From: Isurus oxyrinchus
Lineage: Eukaryota
Length of the DNA stretch: 64,000 nt
Assembly (NCBI GenBank): GCA_026770705.1
Contig: JANJGN010000151.1
Span: 806,001 to 870,000 of the forward strand
Direction of reading: 5' to 3'
This document shows, in pieces, positions 52,870 through 64,000 of this stretch. The translations under genes and the position numbers were made by a program. Each line of letters opens with the position of its first letter. Position 1 is the first letter of the stretch. Below the pieces are notes generated by a model. The model was not told the origin of the DNA. It saw nothing but the letters and a program-made list of their open reading frames with translations, and did no database searches.

Positions 52870-53681
52870 GATGCTCCCTGCATCTGTTACTCTGTTGTCC
52901 ACGAATCCTCTGTCAGGGTAGAAATAGAGGTCTCCTCCCCACTGGACTCCTGATCCAACCAATGTCAAACAGGGAAAAGCGGCAACAATCTCTCCAATGA
53001 AACAGGGCAGACAAGGCAGGTCAGAGCGAGAACAGCAGAAGGAAGCTGTGCGCGGGGCTACTGCAGGCAGCATTGTCACATGTAGGATTTATCTACAAGG
53101 AACTGAACTCAATAATAATCACAACATCGAAAATTATATAACTATTCCTCTCTGTAAGAACTGTAGCTTAATCTTCATTCCATATTGCTGGCCAGCAGGC
53201 TCGCAAAAGCAGAGTCAGAGTTAGTAAATTATTCAATAGTAAGCGTCATCTTCATCAGCGATGCGGATTGAAACCAGGACCGCATACATGAGCAACAGGT
53301 TTCGGAGTGGTTCTGAATTAATGTATAAGATAGTAGAAAAAGCTTTAAACGTTTATATTAGTGAGGGAAAAAGGAAATGTATACAGTTTTCAGAAAAGAC
53401 TGAAGACACGAATGATAAGAAACATTTAGGAAGGGAAAGGTGTCGAAAACCAAAAAGGGGAAATAAGGCATCGCGGACCGATTTTTCAATCTCATATCTA
53501 ATAAAAATACAACGTGCAATCACAAACCAATATGACTGTGCAAGTGGACCTTACCTGCTGCTGCTATTGAGTCCTGTGTTTTGTTGCAATTTTCAGAATC
53601 TCCCTGTTACTCTCACTGTGGAAACTGAATTACCGGTGTGTGCGCGCCCTCTGGTGAACAGATGGTGGTACTGCCAGTGAG

Positions 53682-54226
53682 TGTTTTTGTACGGGATCCG
53701 CTATATCTCTGCAGCAGTGTGGGCTCCATGGCACAGAAATACACGGCGCTGTCGGGTGTCAATGTGTTACTGATCGTTAGCTCGGTAATCTTGTTATTTT
53801 TATTCAACGTGGAAGAAAACCGATCATTGAGGTGGGTGTCCCTTTGCACACTCTGGCCAATAAGACGAAACATGTACATTGGAGGTTTCCCGGGGCGCTG
53901 ACTGTACCAGTGTGCAAAAGGGTTAGAATCACTTGTTTTGAAGGTGCAAGTTAGTGTGACATTACTTTCCTCTTCAGCAGTTATTTCGTCAACCGGCTGC
54001 TCCACTGTGTCTTGATGACTCCATTCTAACAGAAATAATAATAAAAACGACAATCAGTATCAGCCCCATATTAATCAACATAATCATCATCAACACCATC
54101 ATTATTATTTGACCAACAATAACATCTGGGTAGTAGCAGCTAGGAGGAGAATGGAGTTTTACTGGGAAGGAAACACTTACTGACAAGTGACATAATGATG
54201 AGGATAGGAGCTAGACTGTTCCCCAT
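53682..54226 (-). CDS. TCR alpha/delta V segment, apparently functional (leader 54226-54181, exon 54025-53722)
   Basis: MGNSLAPILIIMSLV|KWSHQ-DTVEQ..VTLTCTF..HWYSQRPGKPP..DRFSS..DSAVYFCAMEP; GT-AG; CACACTG-24-ACAAAAACA. Confidence 0.92.
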
Positions 54227-55511
54227 GATACTTCCTGAGTCAGTAACTCTGCAGAGCGAGAGGTCCTCTGTCGGAGCAGAAATACATATCCCCGTTCCAC
54301 TGCACTGCTGATCCAGCCAATGACAGGAATGGACCAGCAGCAACAACCTCTCCAATAACACAATCAGGTGAGAGCGACAGCAGCAACCGGAAGCTGTGGG
54401 TGGTGATACTGTAGACTCAAAACTGAGCGAAATGTGCCGTGACTCTCAGCTGCACTCGGAACTCATGGAGCAGAAATAGTGACGGTTGAGTCCCCATAAA
54501 TCCCTGACCATCCTGCACCTGCTCACTGTTCAAGTGACTGAGAAAAATAGTGGGAGGGACAGGAAAGACTCGAATCATGGAATTTTAGAGCAAGCAATGG
54601 CTGATAGGAACAAGCGTCCTAGGATGTGGAGGATGTTGTGTGAGTTGGACCTGCTTTCGGCTAGACAGCTGAAGAAGAGGATTTACGGAGAACAATCCTG
54701 GTTTCTCTGAGGCCCTTACCCATGGTACCATTCTGATGTATCACTACTTCCTCCAAAGGCCTTACATTCATTTCTAATTCGTGATGCCCAGGATTGGACA
54801 CTGTAATGGGGCGGCCCCTGGCAAAGCCAATATTTGCTGTCCAAGCCTAACTGTCCGAAAACTGCATATTTCTGAGTCAACCGCATTGCTATGGGTCTGG
54901 AGTCACATGTAGGCCAGATCAGATAAGGATCGCAAATTTCCTTCCCTACATTCCTTACAACAACGGATGATAGTTTCATTGTCACTATTACTGAGATTGT
55001 TTTTATATTCCAGATTAATGAATTGAATTTAAATTCCTGCAGCTGCCATGGTGGGACTAGAACCCATGCTCCCAGAACACTTTCCTGGGCCTCTGAATTG
55101 TTAGACCAGTGATATTATTAATACTCCACTATGTCTCCACATTTGTCATCACTTTCTGGCATTAGCATGAGAAACAATACTGAGGTCCAAGTTAATCAGG
55201 TCCAAGTTAGACTTCTGAGAGATATTGTCTGACATTCGCGCTTTAACATGTAAATCAAGAAATCTAGTCAATGACCCCATTCGAAACCGGACTGAACAGA
55301 ATTCATCAGCAGAGGGCGCCAAGGGCATCGCAAATTCACGTGTCACCAACGGTAAAGCCAATAGGGACAGTTTCCAGAGTGAGGTCACAATGGGCCTGGC
55401 CCCCTGCAATATGTGTGTGGAACAATGAGCTGAATAGATTGCGGGTGAGGGAACTCCTTCTCAACCTCTGACTCAGTCCATTCACATTCACTGACTGAGT
55501 TTCAATCAGAC

Positions 55512-56072
55512 ATGTTTCTGATAATACTAGCCGCTCTCTGGGACAGTAAACACTCGATTTTGGTAATCAAGACACGTTAGCAGATTGATGCAATTGCAGC
55601 TTGTACAGGAATTTAATGTTGTTTGCGATCCTATATTATGGATATTATGGATAGTTGAGAGGTGGGAATTAATACAAATTCACACAGCTAGACACAGAAT
55701 TAGATCGATCCTGTTTAATCTGCTGCTCTTTTGTTCCTCTTTCTATCACAGACGGACAATGTGCAGATCCAGTAACACAATATCCAATGGCAATAAACGT
55801 GTCAGAAGGGGTTTGGTGAAGATATATTGCAAATACAAAACCATGGATATACACCATAGCATCGGCAAAAAAAAAAGCCTCCAAGCTGGATCATTAGCAA
55901 AGCAACAACACTAAAGTGATTCGAAATCTCAGGACGATATCTGATGGCTGCTGACAAGTCTAAACAGTCCAGTTACCTCAATATTAACTGCCTGAGTGTG
56001 GTGGGTGGGCCGGTCAATTACTATGCAGTGAGGCATAGCGTCAGATAAGAGCCAAGATCCCGTACAAAAACC
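55512..56072 (+). pseudogene. Decayed TCR V pseudogene
   Basis: Leader MFLIILAALWD 55512-55545 with GT; exon from 55752 (ADPVTQYP..VKIYCKY) with frameshifts, second Cys lost; CATAGCG-23-ACAAAAACC. Confidence 0.82.
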
Positions 56073-57299
56073 TGAGTGAGTGTTCCAGGCTTTATTCAGT
56101 GCTCTTTGGCTCTTTTACGCGTGTGAATCCAGACCCCAAGCCAACTGAGATCAAATATTGGCAGATTGGCTTTTCAAACAGTTTTATTGTTGTTGTTGCC
56201 CTTGTGCACATCAAAGGGAACCGGTCTGGGAAATCTTGAGCCATTTCTTTATGTCCACAGCTCTCTCTCCTCGGTAAGGGTCTCCAAGTTCATCCGGAAT
56301 ATTGATATGTGAACAGAGGCAGAGAAAGCTTTTCGGAGGAACAGCAACTAAAGCCTAACATTACGAACCTCTCTTCCAGACCTCTAACTCAGACAAACTC
56401 GGGGAGATTCTGCGCCACTCGTTCCTGTAACAAAATACAGAATTTGACAAAGTCGGGGACTGGGTGTAACACATGAAATATGCAGTGACTATTTGAACAT
56501 ACACTCGCCATATAACATCACCAGAAAGGAACATGGGGTGTATCAGGTTTCGATTTTGACAGAAAATAACTGAATTTTAAAGGTTTTTTGATAGTTTTCT
56601 TCTGATGTTAAAGAATAAACATGAACTAGGGGCAGGCTTCACATATTGGGATGCCGAGGGGGAGTATAATATGTAAGAAAGCTCTCTGATACTGGCACAG
56701 GTTACAAACGGTCATATGAACAAACATAAGAGGTGCCTTTTTTGCCAGTCGCTTGAAAGTAAATGTCTCGGGGCTTCCCCGGATACTGGATGTACCAGAA
56801 CAATGTTGAATCAGTTTTCAATTAACTGTGCAGCTCAAAATAAGATCTGCCTTTCCTGAAGCATTACTAAAGACGGATTCTGGGGCACCCATTCAGCCCT
56901 GTTTATCTTCAGAATGAGTGAATCGTCTGGGTATAAATATAACCCTTGAAACACATACATGCATTGATCATTTGAACATAGACTCTCTGAGCAACACGAA
57001 AAATAGTAAGAATAATATGAACAAGAAGAATGCGACAGAATAATGCAACCGAATCCTTCAGTAATTTAAGGCATTATTGAATTTCCAGCCAGTTGCCATT
57101 TACCTCACAGCGACACGAGAGGGCGCTGCATCATCGTTTCTGGATGTTGCCTGCAGCAGATCAGTCAAAAGACCACAGGTGCCTGGGGAATGAGGAAGGC
57201 CTTTCGTCCCATCTTATTTCGCCTGTCTAGAAATGCCCCGCACCCCGACAGTTTCCTCTGGTAAATACAAAACTAATTCCTCGGTTTTGAATTCTGTTA

Positions 57300-58140
57300 C
57301 TCAGGAATGCTCAAGAGGGCAGAATTGGAATAGTACAGAGATCTTGGAGGATTGTGGAGCTCAAGGAGATGATAGAGATCGGGCGGGGCGCGGCCCTGGG
57401 GAGAGAGATTTGAAATCAAGGATGAGAATTTTAAAATCAGTATGTTGCTCGGGTAGGAACTAATGTAGGTCAGGGAGCATAGGCTCTATTGACGAAATAG
57501 GACTTGTTGATAGTCAAGTCACTGACAGCCGATGTTTTAATGAAACCAAGTTTACCAAGAATGGAATGTTGGAGACCAGGCAGGAACATCTTGCAGTTGC
57601 TGAGTAGAGACGTAACCAAGTTATAGTTGGGGATTTCACCAGCAGATGGGCTGAGACGGGGCAAAGTGCGGCGCCTATATAGAGGTGGAAAAAGGCCGTC
57701 TCAGAAATGGCACAAAGATGAAGTTGGAAACTCATCTCAGGATTAAATGTGACAGCAAAGTTGCAAATAAACTGGCTTAATATCAGAACGTTGCCATGGA
57801 GAAGGATGGCGTCTTTAACTAGGAAATGGAGATTGAATCGGGGACTGAAAACAGTGGCTTCAGTCTTCCCAACATTTGTTTGGAGAAATTTCTGCTCGTT
57901 GGGACTGGAAGTTGGATAAGCATTGTGATAATTTAGCAGCAGGGAAGAGGTCGACAGTGGTGGCGGTGGTGAGGTAGAGTTTCGTGTTGTCAGCGTACAT
58001 GTAAAAACTGAGGTTGTATTTTCAGATGACACCGCCAAGGGGCAGCATGTAGATTCGAAATAGAAGGACACCAAGCAGAGATCCTTGGGGGACAACAGAT
58101 GAGCAGGAGAAAAAACCATTACAAGTGAATCTCTGGCAAC
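57300..58140 (-). mobile_element. Decayed L2-like LINE fragment
   Basis: FLQTNVGKTEATVF..VTFNPEMSF..TAFFHL resembles the L2 RT C-terminal region. Confidence 0.65.
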
Positions 58141-58324
58141 TGTTTGAGTGACGATCCATCTCTTGATCTTAGATCTAAACTTACATTTTACTGGATTGAA
58201 TCTGTATCAACTTGCAATATATTTCAAGGGAAACTCTTGCCAGATGACGTGCTGTTTTAACTCCCTATGTTACTGATTTAATTCCCTTTCCTGGTATTCA
58301 TGCTTTCATTTTAATCACTGTCTT

Positions 58325-58745
58325 CCGCATTGTCTCTTCCTCTGTTTCTCCCGCTGACTCTTCATTCGTTTCTTTACATTTATCAGATTCTATGTGTTCC
58401 TCCCTTCTTGTATCTTCATCTAGTTCCATCCTTGCTCTGTCGTTTCTCTCAATATCTCTCCCTCTTTGTAACTCGTTGTCTCTCCCACATTTTCAATCTT
58501 CCTTCATTTCTCTTTTATTCTCTTTCTGTCTCTGCCTCGGCCTATCTCCCTGTACTTCCACCACTTTACTCTCCTGCATGTCCCTCTTTACTTGTTGTTC
58601 TCTCTGTTTTTCTCAATTTCTCTCCTTCATTTCCTCCTCTTATCTCTGTTTCCCTTTCTGCCTCTCCCTCAGTCTTTCTCCTAGTATCTCTTTCTGTGTT
58701 GCTGTCTCCATCTCTCCATCAGTTATTTCCCCTATGTCGCTCCCT
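58325..58745. repeat. CT-rich low-complexity tract
   Basis: Polypyrimidine sequence giving L/S/P/F-rich spurious ORFs. Confidence 0.8.
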
Positions 58746-59855
58746 GTTTCGTGAGCAATGGATCTCTCAAAGTGCTTTACAGCCACTGAAGCAGTTTTGA
58801 ACTGTAGCTGCTGTTGCCGTATAAGAAACTTCATAGCCAGAATGTGCACAGCAAGATTCCACCAGCAGTAATGTGATAATGACCAGCTAATTTCTAATTA
58901 TGGTGTTGAGTGAGGAATAAACATTGTCCAGGACATTGGGGATAATTTCCCTTCTTCAGAATGCTGCCAGGAGTTCAATTACATCCACCAGCAATGACAG
59001 CTGGGACCTCTATTTAAAGCTTCGCCCGAAAGATGGCATCTCATATAGTGAAGGAATCTCTCAGTAATATATAGGATTTGCAGCCTTGACTTTGTATTCA
59101 AGTCCTGCAGTGACCATGGCTTCCTTTAAAAACAAGTATTAACCCGTTTGGTGCGTCGGTGGCTTGTGTTGCGTTGAAAATATTTCCATTGCATATCATT
59201 GCCGGGAGATTAAACTGGATTGGGTGAACGTTCATCATGTGCCTTTGTCGCCACTGCAATCTGTGCCACACGGGTGCAGGGCTCTACTACAACAACAAGC
59301 CCCAAAACCACCGTGTAAAAGTTAAAACAGTCTGCACCCAAGGCCATATACTCGATTCATTGCTTCAGTTTGAATGCAGAAACATAGCAGTTAGCAGAAC
59401 TGATGTGCCCATTCCCCGTCAGAAAATATATGCCCCTAATTTGTGTCTCCATTGGGTTTTGAATCAAATCGGTGCTGGTGAAAGGCCATTGTCTGTGCCG
59501 TTGACCTAATCGGTTCCCATCAAAGGTCACTATTGCATTCAGTCTAGGGTGAATTTCACTCCAGGCCCAATATTGTCAAAGGAGAAGCGTCTGACTCACC
59601 ATGTCAAAATGTTCTGCTTGTTCTCACAGGGCACCGTTGTTTGGTGTCAAGTAATGAGAAACAAGGCCCCCAGAGGGCGTGTCAGGGAAAATCTCATCGT
59701 TGGATGGTTCCCCTTCCCTCGGTGAGTATGTAAGAGGCACTTGCCTTCATACCAAGCAGGAAATAATATAATCGATTGCATATCAGAATCATTCCAAATT
59801 AAATCGATTTTCCTGTAATGTTCCAATTCCCCCGCCCAAAATCCAGGAAAACACA

Positions 59856-60298
59856 ATGAGTGAAATAGTGACTTTCAATTTATTGATTTTAGGTGAGTGT
59901 TTTGTGCTGAAAATCGGTGTTACAACTTTTTTTTGCTATTTCTTTGTTTCACTTTTCCCTGTCCTTCATTCTCAACAGTGATCGGCGGAGAGGCTGCGAT
60001 TCACCAACAACAGCAGATGTTTGCAGAAGAGGGACAATCGATTGAAATCCGGTGCAATGCAACGACAAGAGGTACGGAGAGCACCCACTGGTACAGAGAA
60101 CTGGAAGGCCGTGGCCCGAAATTTATTCTATCTGCTATCAGCGGCAACTCCAGTGACGGACGGTTCACTCTCTTTATTGACCCAACAAGAAGTTATAACA
60201 TTCTCGGTATTGGCAGCACCGTGGTGTCAGACGCTGGAGTGTATCACTGTGCAACGAAGCACTGTGAGACAAAGACTAAGCGCTTCAATACAATATCT
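59856..60298 (+). CDS. TCR alpha/delta V segment, apparently functional (leader 59856-59892, exon 59979-60259)
   Basis: MSEIVTFNLLIL|VIGGEAAIHQ..IEIRCN..HWYRELEGRGPKFIL..GRFTL..DAGVYHCATK; GT-AG phase 1; CACTGTG-23-ACAATATCT. Confidence 0.88.
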
Positions 60299-60882
60299 AC
60301 TGCAGGCTCTTATTAGACAATCTCAACGCGTCTACCTGCTCTCCGAAATGTTTTGACTCACATATTGTTGCACATCTATCCTCAACAGGTTGTTCAGACT
60401 GTCCTGAATATGCATACTCTTTTATGGCATGTGGTTGTACATCTCAATTCATTCTAGAACAAAGCCGTTATTCAGGTTGAGCTGAGTATTTTTACTCCTC
60501 TGCACGGTAGAGTTAAACATGCTCCACCTATTCTGTCGGAAATAATTTTTACTGTATTCGAACTTACTGCACCAGAAAAGTCCATTTCGATGGTCACCAT
60601 CCCAAAGAGATTCTGCTCCCCTCACTACCCTCCACAAGTATAAGAGGCACGTGCTGATCTTTAGACAACTAACCGCGGGTGAAGGAAGCAGACAATCAAC
60701 AATATTACGTCGTGAGTGAAGAATGCCCATTTCCAACCAATCCAAAAGCAGAAAGCCCACCTGACTGAAAATTTAACAAGGTGGCTCTGATATTAATTAG
60801 ACTATTCAATGTGTTTCCCTCAGTTCTTGTTCTCCTGATGTGAGTTGTGTGTCGTTTTCCTATTGCTATCTGAACTGCAGGG

Positions 60883-61332
60883 ATGTAGTGACTGTACCAC
60901 TCGTCATTCTGGTGCTGCTAACTTGTAGATGCGAGATCTGTACTCAATAACTCACAGTGTTTATTTTCTGCAATCACCTTGCTCCCGTGTCTCATTGTTT
61001 GGATGTTTGTACAGGTCGATGTCTCTCGACCGAGTGCTGCAGTCTCCTGCTTCGAGAATAGTCCTCAGGGGGGATTCGGTGCAGATAAACTGCAGCTATG
61101 ATGTGTCCAATATTTAAGCTCCTGCATTGGTACAAGCGGAAATCCGGCCTCAGACTGGACTGGTAATAAAGCAAGCATTCGCTGGCAGGGAGAAAAGCGG
61201 CGATGTGAATTGGGCCTTTCCACTGCGGAGAAACGGGGTGATTGAGAGCATGGAGAGCGCGGATACCTCTCTGTATTACTGTGCGTTAGATCCCCACACT
61301 GAGAGGAAAGGCGGCAGTCACTCATAAAAACC
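60883..61332 (+). pseudogene. TCR V pseudogene
   Basis: Stop-containing leader remnant; exon from 61015 DRVLQSP..VQINCSY..WYKRK..DTSLYYCALD with frameshifts and stops; CACACTG 61295-61301 +22+ ATAAAAACC. Confidence 0.85.
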
Positions 61333-62869
61333 TGCTCCTGTTTGCAGTTACGGAACAGCTGCAGCAATGTCTCCAATAGCACAGGGCAGGCAAGATGGTA
61401 CAGAACGGGAGCAACAAAGAGAGGCAGTGAGGGTGGCTGCCGTGGGCAATGATAGCTCAAAGTTTGTATCTAACTCCCAGTTGAGTACTGTTTTGATCAA
61501 GAATCTTGGTCACATCATAAAGTATCGGACTGAGAAGGCAGTCACTCAGTGAGTGCAGTCTTTAGTGTGAGGAAAACTTTCCCATTACATTAATGTGGGG
61601 TTATATTGAACGGTGACTTTAATGGGTGTTGGTCTATTTCAAGGCGATGTTTGGAAACTCATTGAAAGCGTCAACATAATCCTATTGGAATATTTGCATT
61701 TACACGAAAGTATTCACACTGCGCTAGTTACCCTCTGCACCTGAAACAAAGAAAAAAAACTGTCTGAAAGAATGACATTGTGATAACGCTAGAACAACTT
61801 TTGAGTTTTACCCAGAGAGGCGAAAGGGAACATTCCCCTTGTTTATCGCAGCGTATGGTTAATGAAACTCCACCCTGTGTTAATCATCTCAGTCTGTTGA
61901 GTTATAGTGATTGAAACGTTTCTAGAGTCACATGTAAGCCAGACCAGATAAGGACGCCATATTTCCTTTCCTCAAGGGCTTTAATGAAACAGGTAGGTTT
62001 TTACAACAATCGGTGATAGTGGTCGTGGTCAGCATTACTGATTTATAACCCAGAGTTGCTCTTTGAATGCGTGTCCCCAGAGCATTTCCCTGGGTCCCTG
62101 GATTTCCAGTCCAGTGATACCAATTTGCCACCGTCTTTCCAAACATGGGTCACCTACATTCAATGCTGCATTTTGTCAGCTTTGATATCATCTCTTACGA
62201 GTAACATTCAAATCGGTGGGTAATTCCTCGGAGGGGGATTACAGCCCCTTCTCCAAATATCTGTGAAATTAGAGCCGGATGCCCATGTTCATTGTTTGTA
62301 CAGGACTCCAGTCTGTCATTGTGTTTTCCTCTCATATTCCCCTATTTCAAATGATTCCTTTCTCAGCCTCAGTGAAGATTAATCCCGGGTGATGGAACTC
62401 CTTCTTTCAGAGAGAGCAATGACTGAGGCTCCGAGAGGCCGCTGCCCCCCTGCCTGACACTCATCAGCTTCATCACCTCTATAAAAGATTTTCACTGACC
62501 TACACACTATATATTCATTGTCAAAAGTGTACAGATATCTTAGAATTCCCACCCCAACAGCCAAGGTTCATGACATCCCGGAAAAAGATAATGCCTTTTT
62601 AGTGCCCAGATTGAAATACTGGTAATTATGTTCAGGTCCTGAATTTGAGGTGGAATCCACAATCTACTGATTCTGAAATCAGAGTCAAGTTGCTTCAGCT
62701 ATGAAACTGCTGAAAGGTTTAAGATAGTCCATTGTGACTACAATTGTGCCATAGCATTCGTTAACGCAGTTGCTGTTAAGCTTTCCTTTGCTAATTTCAC
62801 GAATAAGAACGTCAAGAGCATAATTATAGAACGTTTCATTAATAAAAAATCAGTTCAAATAATTCTGAA

Positions 62870-63450
62870 ATGTCACAGCAAAGATGGAAAATATTCTTCT
62901 CACCAGAACCATGTCCTCACTCTGAATAAAACTATCCAATTAGCTCCCCTCTCCACTTTCTCCAAAGGCCCACACATCTTTCACTTTCATGTATAAGTAC
63001 AATTTCCTTTTGAAAGTGAAGCTGATTATGCTTCCTTCTCCATACCAGGAAAGGTACTTCAGCTCATTACAACTCGCTGCATAAAAAAATCTAATTTACC
63101 TCTTTAGTATTTACGAAATGTCTGAACTCCGAGTGCTGTACCTATTATTCTTTCTGCCAGAAATATCAATATCTCACTAACAACTCTGTTAAAAGCCTTC
63201 ATAAATTTAAACACGTCCATTACATCATTCTTTCCCATTCTCTACTCTAGGCAAACCAGTCGCAGTTTCTCTAATCTCTTAACATAACCGAGGCCCCTCA
63301 TCCATGGTATAATTCTCGTAAACCTATTCTCGACCCACTCCAAGGCTAGGACCTGCTTCTGAAAGTGTGGATTCAAATAAACTCAATCATTCTTCTCCTT
63401 CAGATAATTTCGAATGATAAATGTTCTCTTAGAATTAAGCTGAGCAGTAA
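62870..63450 (-). mobile_element. Heavily decayed CR1 3' fragment
   Basis: Minus-strand remnants of the LEKL..RR..GMM and FFMQRVV 3' region. Confidence 0.55.
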
Positions 63451-64000
63451 TCTATGTAATACCAATATTGGTAACAATGTGATGTTGCTTTCTCCAAAGT
63501 GCTCAACAAAATTGGTTTCTCTATCATTCTGGTGTCAGTAGATCACTGTCGCCACCTGCTGACGAACAGCTTCTTCTATAGGCCCCGGAGTTTATCGGAG
63601 ATGGTTCAGAATTCTTTCCGCAACCACGTCCTCTTATTGATTGAAGTTCATGCACAGGAGTTTCTTAGAGCACATCACGAGGGGCAAGAGATCAAGAGGA
63701 GTTATATGCAGACGGACCAAAATCGTTATCATAAATTATGAGAAATATTCCATGGGAAAGTGAGCAGAAATGGAAAATGATAAACTGACACTGTCCTGAA
63801 TTTGGTTTCTTTTCCCGCATCACATCCTTTGCTCATTTGTGTTAAAGCTGCGAGGGCGGACTTTCATGCCCAGCTTTCGTTCACTCCCTGTTATCTATAG
63901 CCCACCCTATCCCTCGCCCTAGGGGGGTTTGAACCAGCTCCACGGTCAAAGCTCCCAGGAACTGTGCACAGCTGTAAGATGAATTACCGAAAAGCGCCAA

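Noticed and set aside
58330-58800. Hydrophobic 156-aa ORF resembling a membrane protein
   Set aside because: Translation of a CT-rich low-complexity tract.
62300-62500. Minus-strand V-like relic with CACAATG..ACAAACAAT
   Set aside because: Spacer is 17 nt and canonical Cys/Trp are not recoverable.

Overview
Vertebrate genomic DNA, almost certainly cartilaginous fish (shark), from the V region of a T-cell receptor alpha/delta locus. The left ~25 kb is a 54-bp (27+27) satellite present in both orientations, invaded by Penelope-like retroelements (RT + GIY-YIG, with hammerhead-like motifs in their terminal repeats), CR1 LINE fragments and SINEs. From ~31 kb onward there are eight conventional TCR V segments in mixed orientations (two apparently intact, one with an intact V exon but a broken leader donor, five defective) and a GPR139-like GPCR pseudogene. 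The centrepiece is a NAR-TCR cassette: an intact leader + IgNAR-like V (22-RSS), one D (12/12 RSS) and one J (23-RSS), followed 2.9 kb later by a leaderless supporting TCR-delta V. NAR-TCR itself is a known system. What stands out here: (i) a tandem array of four intact 23-RSS plus a fifth decayed one behind the supporting V; (ii) that supporting V appears broken while the NAR V-D-J is intact; (iii) one V family with 24-nt RSS spacers and a co-oriented CTCF-like motif 23-24 bp beyond the nonamer. No conventional TCR D, J or C segments were recognised. All calls are by eye; repeat boundaries are approximate and novelty could not be checked against databases.
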